In this document: one piece after another, positions 55,795-64,000 of the stretch | Numbering within the stretch: the first letter of the stretch is position 1 | Layout of the letters: every line of letters starts with the position of its first letter | Assembly (NCBI RefSeq): GCF_963506605.1 | Contig: NC_083277.1 | Location: forward strand, 41,912,001-41,976,000 | Direction: 5' to 3' | Origin: Zootoca vivipara | Lineage: Eukaryota | Length of the DNA stretch: 64,000 bases | Position numbers and translations under genes: made by a program | The notes under the pieces: generated by a model | What the model was told of the DNA's origin: nothing | Database searches by the model: none | Seen by the model: only the letters and a program-made list of their open reading frames with translations

Positions 55795-56745
55795 AATAAT
55801 AATAATAATAATAATAAATTTTTATTTATACCCCGCCCTCCCCAGTCAAAAACCGGGCTCAGGGCGGCTGACACCAACAGAACCACAATAAAACATAAAA
55901 ACAATTAATTAAAATACAGATTAAAATACAGTATTAAAATTTAAAGTGCAGCCTCATTTCAAGTAGGCCATAAGTGGCTGACACCAACAGAACCACAATA
56001 AAACATATAAAAAAAAAATTAGTTAAAATACAGATTAAAATACAGTATTAAAATTTAAAGTGCAGCCTCATTTCAAGTAGGCCATAAATCCAAGCCATGA
56101 GGGAGAAAAACACAGGGGTCAGGCTGAGTCTAACCCAAAGGCCAGGCGGAACAGCTCTGTCTTGCAGGCCCTGCGGAAAGATGACAAATCCCGCAGGGCC
56201 CTGGTCTCCTGGGAAAGAGCGTTCCACCAGGTTGGGGCCAGTACTGAAAAGGCCCTGGCTCTAGTAGAGGCCAATCTAGCCATCTTATGACTCGGGATCT
56301 CCAGAATATTATTGTTTGTGGACCTTAAGGTCCTCCGCGGGGCATACCAGGAGAGGCGGTCCCGTAGGTACGAGGGTCCCAAGTCGCATAGGGCTTTAAA
56401 GGTCAAAACCAGCACCTTAAACCTGATCCTGTACTCCACCGGGAGCCAGTGCAGCTGGTAAAGCACTGGATGAATGTGATCCCACGGCCGGGACCCTGTA
56501 AGGAGCCTCGCCGCGGCATTCTGCACCCGCTGGAGTTTCTGGGTCAGCTTTAAGGGCAACCCTGCGTAGAGCGAGTTACAATAGTCAAGCCTGGAGGTGA
56601 TCGTCGCATGGATCACTGTGGCCAGATCGGGGCGAGAGAGGTAAGGGACCAGCTGCTTGATGCGGCGGAGATGGAAAAATGCCACCTTTGCTGTGGATGC
56701 AACCTGCGCCTCCATGGAAAGGGAGGCGTCAAAGGTTACACCCAA
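55795..56745 (-). mobile_element. L2-type LINE 3' portion (ORF 56119-56745) with ~105-bp tandem duplication in its 3' UTR
   Basis: SRLDYCNSLYAGLP, LQRVQNAAARLL, LHWLPVEYRIRFKVL motifs; (TTA)n tail; duplicated block 55866-55973 / 55976-56086. Confidence 0.9.
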
Positions 56746-57089
56746 GAATTACACACACACCCCAAATATAGAAGTAGGATGGGAGAGGAAGAACTAAGGG
56801 GCCAAACCCTCCCCAACAGATCAGTGAGCAGGACTGAACATGCTCACTGGATTTTACACCAAGTGTTCGGCTTCAGCCAGTCCCAGTTTCCTGTTGAGTG
56901 TACCTCTATAAGGCTATGTAAACACTGCACCTATAAAGCACATTTGAAGCACATTTTCCACCTTCTTCAGATAATTTTGGGCACTGTAGTTTGATCAGGG
57001 TTGCTTGGAATTGGAAACTACAGTGACCAGTAAACTACAGTGTCCAGAATACTTTGAGGGGGGAAATGTGCTCTGAATATACTTTAAAG

Positions 57090-57227
57090 CAGTGTTTCTC
57101 AACCAGTGTGCCTCCAGATGTTTTGGGACTACAACTCCCATCATTCCTGACCACTGGTCTTGCTAGCTAGGGATGATGGGAGTTGTAGTCCCAAAACATC
57201 TGGAGGCACACTGGTTGAGAAACACTG
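57090..57227. mobile_element. Palindromic hAT MITE with the same core but a different TIR (CAGTGTTTCTCAACC)
   Basis: Near-perfect palindrome; TSD CTTTAAAG. Confidence 0.85.
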
Positions 57228-57348
57228 CTTTAAAGATACCGTTTATGCAGCCAAAGCTAGGTTTTCAAATTTCCACACTAGTTATATTCACAATTTGCAT
57301 TTTAGGTGTATGATTGGTGAGGAGGACAGCTGTGGAATTCAGATGGCA

Positions 57349-57354
<6 letters not shown>

Positions 57355-57424
<70 letters not shown>
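57355..57424. repeat. (CT)n microsatellite
   Basis: Direct observation. Confidence 0.95.
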
Positions 57425-57429
<5 letters not shown>

Positions 57430-58291
57430 CCTCCCCCTATTCTGTCTGTACCAATAGCTCCTCCTCCCCTACCCTGGAGAATGCTAGAAAGGGAATCCCA
57501 AGAATCACCCTCTTACCTGATGTGTGATAAAAGGCAGCAGGATTGGCAATGAGTGCTGTGGCCGGACGGCTCTCTAACTGTGTGCTCCCCTTTGCTCACT
57601 ATTAATACCTGACAGTGATCTTTGAGACACCACTCCCTCCTTGGCTCCCTTGCAGTTAAGTTGACTGCACTACGTCTTGGGTCATTGGGTTTCCGTTCGC
57701 CATAAGCGCTGCTCTTGGGCTTCCTGGATCTGAGCCATGGGGTGAGCAAGCTGATGGACTCATTGATCCAAGAAGAAATTCTAGATATAATGGACACACG
57801 CACATGCTGTAGAAGGAATTGAGGGGCAGATGGGGCTCATCAACCTGGGAACGTAGCCCATCTAGAAGGAAAACTCTGATCCTAAACATCCATTGCCTTG
57901 TGGGATATCTTTGGGAGAAGAAAAAGCTCAGGAGTAAACCCTGCACAAATCCAGAATGAAGTTGCTAAGTCAGTTGTATGGTGCCTTGTATGCCTCTTTT
58001 GGGCAACTCCTGCAGCCAAGCTGGTGCCAAATGTATTGCTCTGCTTTCCTTTGGACCACAGCAGTGAGGTCAAGAGGGGACTCTTGTCATCTGGACTGCC
58101 CAGAACCTCCATACACACTGCCCAGGGCTGTGCCTCAGGGAGGTCACTTTGGTGCTGCTAACACAGCTGTTTGACTTCACCCCTGAAGGTGCACTCCATT
58201 GTCTCTCAATACAGAGAGATGCCATCAAAATCAGGGCTGAGATAGGCTGCATACACATCATATGTTTAAAGCACATGTCCTCCAATAAATC

Positions 58292-58540
58292 TGTTACAGG
58301 AGCATCCTACACACGAGTAGGACCTTGGTAAAGACATGCCCGACTGGTCTGTTCTCTCCCGCCTGGTCGATCGTTCAGGAGCTTCAAAAGCTTTCTCCAG
58401 CCCGGACATCACAGCGACTGATGCCTTGGAGACATCAGCACACTTAGGGATCTGCAGAGTCTTCGCAGGTTGCGTAACAGACCTCAGCAACTCAGCATTT
58501 TGGCTAATCTACGTTTATTTACATATAATACACTCGGAGC
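58292..58540 (-). mobile_element. LTR-like repeat fragment, same family as 30501-30937
   Basis: Shared agctttctccagccc...cagcgactgatgccttg...catcagcacact...cagcattttggctaa. Confidence 0.6.
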
Positions 58541-59503
58541 CAAAGGCTCATCTTTCCATCACTCTGCTCTCACAGTGGCTAACCATGGTTTGTTTTGCTT
58601 TTGCTCTTGCTTTTATTATGTATTTTGTGTTTTTCATCTTGTATTTTTATGTTGTGAACCGCCCTGAGATTTTTGAATGAAGGGCGGGATACAAATTTAA
58701 CAAACAAACAAACGTCAGGCTAGCTTCCTTATGAATTGCCAGGGCCATTAAAACAGAAGAGGGAAAGGGGCTCTGTGCCAGGTGACAAATAGGTGGGGCC
58801 CTTCCTCCAGCTCTTAGATGGTTAGAAAGACAAAGCCTGAGTTTTTAGGGCAAAGCTTTGTGTGATGTTAAGAAGCTATGGGAAAAGCAGGAAGCAGAGG
58901 TTAGAGAGTGATGCTCGATATCTGTTTGAATCCGAGGCTGCAGCTATGAGAGAAGCAGGATCTTTTTGGGATGTTAACACTGTGAACTCCTCCATCGTAG
59001 ACTCAGGTTGCATATATGTGTAAATAAACCATATATCATAAAGACAGCACCATCTCCACTGTGCCTCATTTCAAAAGGAAATGCAAACCCAAAGAGAAAA
59101 GCATCTGGAACCCCTTGAATCTTGCACCACCTGGAGACAGGTGCACACCCTTCACAGACTCTGTTCCTTGTCCTCTTTGAGTGCTGTTGTCTGGCTGACA
59201 TGGATCTGAGGAGACTTGCATTGGAAGTGCAAATTCTCTTGGCAGATGTGTTCTAGACTCAGCATCCATTGGCAAGTGCTGGCATTTACCAAACCCTGGG
59301 AAACATGGTGTGCTCTTTCTGTGAAATCGTGGCCAACACTATTATCAATTGCACAAATAGAATGTCCCAATCAGCTTCCTTATCTTGTTATGGAATTATA
59401 GATCGCAGATGGCAAATACTTCCTGTACTCCATGATCTTGATAACAAGATCAGATGTTGGACTGCAGAGGGTTTTGTTTTTGTGTCTTGTTAACCCTTTG
59501 AAT

Positions 59504-59724
59504 AATAGTTACAGGTAGGTAGCCGTGTTGGTCTGCCGTCAAAACAAAATAAAAATAAAATAGAAAAATTCATTCCAGGAGCACATTAGAGACCAAATAA
59601 GTTTGTCATTGGTATGAACTTTTGAGAAGTGTGCATGCACATGAAAGCTCATACCAATGACAAACTTACGGTAGTTGGTCTCTAAAGTGCTACTGGAATG
59701 AATTTTTCTATTTTATTTTTATTT
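59504..59724 (-). mobile_element. Penelope-like palindromic copy, degenerate
   Basis: Reverse-oriented tail gttacaggtaggtagccgtgttggtctg, inverted arms, TSD CCTTTGAAT (59495-59503 / 59725-59733). Confidence 0.75.
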
Positions 59725-60271
59725 CCTTTGAATCATGACCAGTATGTGCCACCTTACTATTTTTAGATGATTACGGGGGAAATGAATTAAATGACAACAA
59801 TGAAGCTTGGCTTGCAGATTCAAGACCCAAATGTGATGCTGTCAAACCAATGAGAACAATCACAGGACTTTCCAGCAAGCCATGCGGCAATGCTGTTAGG
59901 AAATTTCAGATTGTGGACTTAGTGGTCTTATGGGAGTGGGGTCATCTTTAGAATGATGGCAGCATGTATATGTATACCGTATCACTTCACCAACCACAAA
60001 ATGTGGTTGCTGCATTTGGAAGGGGACAGGGCAGAGAATGGCGGTTGGGGGCAGACTCCAACTCATTTTGCTGAGTGGGGCCCTGGTAGAGTTCAGAAAA
60101 GGGCAACTGAAATGGTCAAGGGGATGAAGTGACTCCCCCCCCCCCCCCGTGAAGAAAGGCTGAAGGATTTGGGATTTCTTAGTTCAGAAAAAAAAGTGAG
60201 AAAGCAGCAACATGATAAGGTTTATAAAGATTTGCATGGCATGGAGAAACCAAAAATGGCAAATATAAGTA

Positions 60272-60463
60272 CAGTCGTACCTTGGTTCTTGAACAGAATG
60301 CGTTCCAGGAGTCCATTTGACTCCCAGAACCATTCAAAAACCAAAGCACGGCCACACCAGACGTTCAGCTTCTGAAAATCATTCAAAAACCGGAACACGG
60401 GTTTTGATCGTTTGGGAGCCAATTTGTTTGGGAGCCAAGGTGTTCGCTTCCAGGGTATCACTG
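60272..60463. mobile_element. Tigger-like MITE inserted in an old CR1 fragment
   Basis: TA|CAGTCGTACC...GGTATCACTG|TA. Confidence 0.7.
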
Positions 60464-62392
60464 TACTGTACACACCGGGGCAAAAATGGTAAATGTCATA
60501 TATTCCCTATTATTCTCTTTCTTTACCACTTTGAGGTTGTTTTTGTACAATCAAGCAGTGTATAAATTCTGTAAAATTAGTAAATAAGACTGTTCATTTT
60601 TGGACATCTAAAAGAGCACAGGACCTAGCTCAATTATGGAATGTTGTCCCACAAAGACAGTGGGGGTGGGGGGTGGGGGGTCCACCAGCAGCATGGATGG
60701 CTTCACAAGAGGATGAGTCAGATTCACATAGGATAAGATGATCTGGGACAACTAACCCTGATGGATATGTTCTACCTCCTCAGTGAGAGGTGGCACGCTT
60801 CTGAATAGCAGTTGCTGGAAAGTGCAGTAGGGCAGAGTGCTCTTGTGCCCAGATCCTGCTTATGGGCTCCCCTTGGGCACCTGGCTGGCCACGGTGAGAA
60901 CTGATCGCTGGACCAGATGGATCTTATATCTATAACAATATGGCTAGCACCAAGAGCAAGGCAGACTTTAGGCTTTGTTATTCCCCTCCTCCTATCCAGT
61001 TACTGGCTATTGGATTCCCATCAAACCACTCCTTTCCTTATCTGCTTGTTCAAGGCTGAATTGCCACTTAAGCAAGAGAGACACAACCCCTCAATTAAGC
61101 TATAAACGAGGTCCTTGCAGAAAAGGACCCAGAGACCTTTCAGTCGTAACACTTATGCTTTCACTCTCCTGTGCCTGCCTAGTTATCTTTGCTCTCTTTC
61201 TTGTAGTCGGTTCTTGCTTCTTACCCGCCAATGAGTTCTGTTGCTTCAAAGCAAATTTTCAGTCCTCTTCACAATCAGGAAGGTGCAAATCCTGTGTAGA
61301 CAAATGGCAGCCCAAAGCCAGCGTACTATAGCAGCTGAACTGCCAGTTGGACCTTGCCTACTGTTACGGCTGCAGGGTGGTTAACTAGGAGCCCTTCTGG
61401 TGTTGCTCGACTACAACTCTCATCACCGTGGACCATTGATCATGCTAGCGGGGACTGATGGGTGCTGGAGTCCAACGACATCTGGAGGGACATAGGCCCC
61501 CTAACCTTGTTCAGTGGGGTATCAATTTAGCCAGTGGAGAGGACCAGTCTTTTAATTTCCTTATCCTCATCATGAACCTTCATGAACTGCAGCATGGTTC
61601 CTCATCATATAAGCATTTCTGCCATACTTTTTTTTCCATGAATGAAAAATTTAAAAGAAGTAAGAAGCAGACAGGCACAAAACGAGGGAGCCACACTGTG
61701 TTTTATCTTTTATTTCCAAATCTGTTGCTTTCATGGTACAATTTTACATGGCTGGGGAGGACGTCCACAGACCTCTCTCTGCCCCTTGCCAACAAACTGG
61801 AGAGGGGGAGGGAAAGACAAAAAATAGAATTAACCAACCAAAACAAATGCTCTCCAGAGCCTAGGCCACCACATGTACAATCAAAGAACCGCTCTGCAGA
61901 TTTGCACGGCAACTTCATCTCCCAGGAAAGAGATGGGGATGGGGAATGCCTCCTTCCAGGAACATTCGGAGCTCTTCAAGGCAGTGATAAGAGTGCCAGC
62001 TGTCAGCAGCAACACAGCAAACACTAGGAAGGCATGAGAGAGGCTGACACTTTTGCCTATAGCTCAGTGTCATTCTTTTTGGCACACATCTCTGCTAAGC
62101 GTTGGATGAGTTCGGTGGATCCTTTCCTTGCCCCCAAAGAGGCATGCAAACCTCTCGGGCAGAAGTAGCGCCTCTGAACATGACCCATCTGCTTTCTTCC
62201 TCAAACTAACAAACAGGGTCGGTGTTGTTAAAGGAGTGCCCAGGTAGACCAGGACAATCTGCACACAGCTTTGCTGGGTTTGATGGCCTCTTGCACCCCT
62301 CCAAGACAAAACCATGTTCAAGATGCTGGGAAGTATACGTGGAGGTTCTGAAAATGGAAGCCTCCTTCTAAGAAAGATCTGTACTGATGCAG

Positions 62393-62393
<1 letters not shown>

Positions 62394-62472
<79 letters not shown>
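62394..62472. repeat. Compound (GT)n(GA)n microsatellite
   Basis: Direct observation. Confidence 0.95.
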
Positions 62473-62476
<4 letters not shown>

Positions 62477-63708
62477 GGCTTTCTTTTGATGGCATGGCCT
62501 CTTCTAGATTGAATCAAACTCACAAGAAAACATAGCCACTTACCCAATCAAGCCCTTCCCGAAGAGAGAAAAAAGTCTGGTTCCAATATACATCAGTTTA
62601 AAATGGAAACAGAAACTCCAGTATTCCACCAACCCACCAATTAGCTTTCTCTTTTTCTGATGATCAATAAACATTGCAGACATCAATTGAATTATAAAGA
62701 GGGTAGAAAGTACAAACAGCATCCAAAAAAGTAGGAGACAATCTTTCTTGAGATCAATGGAACAAAGAGAAAATCTGGATCCTGGTTTGGCTATATATAC
62801 ATACACAGACTGGAAAAAACCCAGTGTAAACAAGCTCTTTAATGGAGCCCAACAGGTCACATTCAGGGATGATGAGTACACAAAGGACTTTTGCATTCAG
62901 CACGTCTGGAATGATCTGCACTTTTACATGAGAAAGAAGTTGCATTTCATTTCTTTTACATATTTGCACAAAAGCATGCCTGGGTCTTTGCTTGCTTCTC
63001 AGCCTTGTTTCCTCCTAGCTTGATTCTTATAAACAAGTAAGTTCTGCTTAATTTTTTTTTCTGGGCCCAATCCCCCATCTTCTGCCTTTGCAAGGGTCAG
63101 TGATAACTGTGCCCTCTGCATGGCATCAGAGGTAGATTGCCACCTGCCTCTGGGCTTGGCACATAATGGTTTCCTCCATTTCTACATGGGAGGATAAAGG
63201 CAGCTCTGACCAAAAGCTGGAGCAATCCCACCTTTGCTCAGGCAACCAGTGGGAAAGGTCAGAAAGCTTAACAGGAGCCCTTTCCCTCCCAGGGTAACAG
63301 ACTGTGGAATGTATTTGAGAATCATTAAAAAAAGAAAAACCCCATTCCTTTTTCTTAGTCACAGTTAGACCAATCAAAAGGCGTCTGGCCTGAGCGAGTG
63401 GAAGGGGCGGCCGCAAGCCAGCTGCCACCCACCTTGGACCATCACAGAAAAAAAGTCCCCCCAGTGTAAACATTAAGTCAGTTGTGTTTAACATTAAGCT
63501 GTAGCATTCTGTGGTAATAAGGCAGTAAACGGAGCATTGTCGCCGCTGAAAGTGAGTTAAGAGACATCAACATGCAAGGGAAGCCTGAGATTGGAATTAG
63601 ATCTTATATAGCACCAAAAGACCAGTTGCTTCTCTTATGAGCACAATCCTCTCGGCCACCAGAGCTAGAAATTTAAACATTCAGACAGATATGTGGTACA
63701 CTCCTGTA

Positions 63709-63749
<41 letters not shown>

Positions 63750-63751
63750 GG

Positions 63752-63987
63752 CAGGGGTCAGCAAACTTTCTCAGCAGGGGGCCGGTACACCGTCCTTCAG
63801 GCCTTGTGGGGGGGGGGCGGCGGACCACATCCTGAAAAAAAAGTGGACGAATTCATATGCCCCACAAACAACCCAGAGATGCATTTCAAATAAAAGTACA
63901 CATTTTACTCATGTAAAAACATGCTGATTCCCGGACCGTCCATGGGCCGGATTTAGAAGGTGGTTGGGCCTTAGTTTGGGAACCCTG
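63752..63987 (-). mobile_element. hAT MITE, same family as 36000-36320
   Basis: 8-bp TSD GTGTAGGG; reverse-complement similarity to the 36 kb copy. Confidence 0.85.
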
Positions 63988-64000
63988 GTGTAGGGTGTTA

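Noticed and set aside
57780-58260. Possible old RTE-like 5' fragment
   Set aside because: It is too degraded to classify or delimit without a database search.

Overview
This is vertebrate genomic DNA from a squamate reptile, most likely a lacertid lizard, judged from its Sauria SINE, BovB, CR1, L2, hAT and Penelope repeats. Two intron-containing genes lie on the minus strand. (1) UQCRC1 (complex III core protein 1): coding exons 1-10 run from ATG 15301 down to 838, and the remaining exons lie left of the window. It has a CpG-island promoter with NRF1, GABP and YY1 motifs. (2) SLC26A6 (SulP/STAS anion exchanger): 20 coding exons from ATG 51668 to TAA 21332 splice into a 736-aa ORF ending in a PDZ-type TKM motif. 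This matches the mammalian UQCRC1-(TMEM89)-SLC26A6-CELSR3 order. The most notable non-coding signal is a family of Penelope-like palindromic insertions with target-site duplications that carry minimal dimer-type hammerhead ribozymes (4 copies, one with two intact ribozymes on opposite strands). There is also a second Penelope-like insertion with a variant core, a candidate H/ACA snoRNA in UQCRC1 intron 4, a CCAAT-rich solo LTR beside an SLC26A6 exon, and a BovB copy with an open 463-codon RT frame. Most ORFs in the supplied track are spurious. All coordinates were read by eye, and family names are recalled, not searched.
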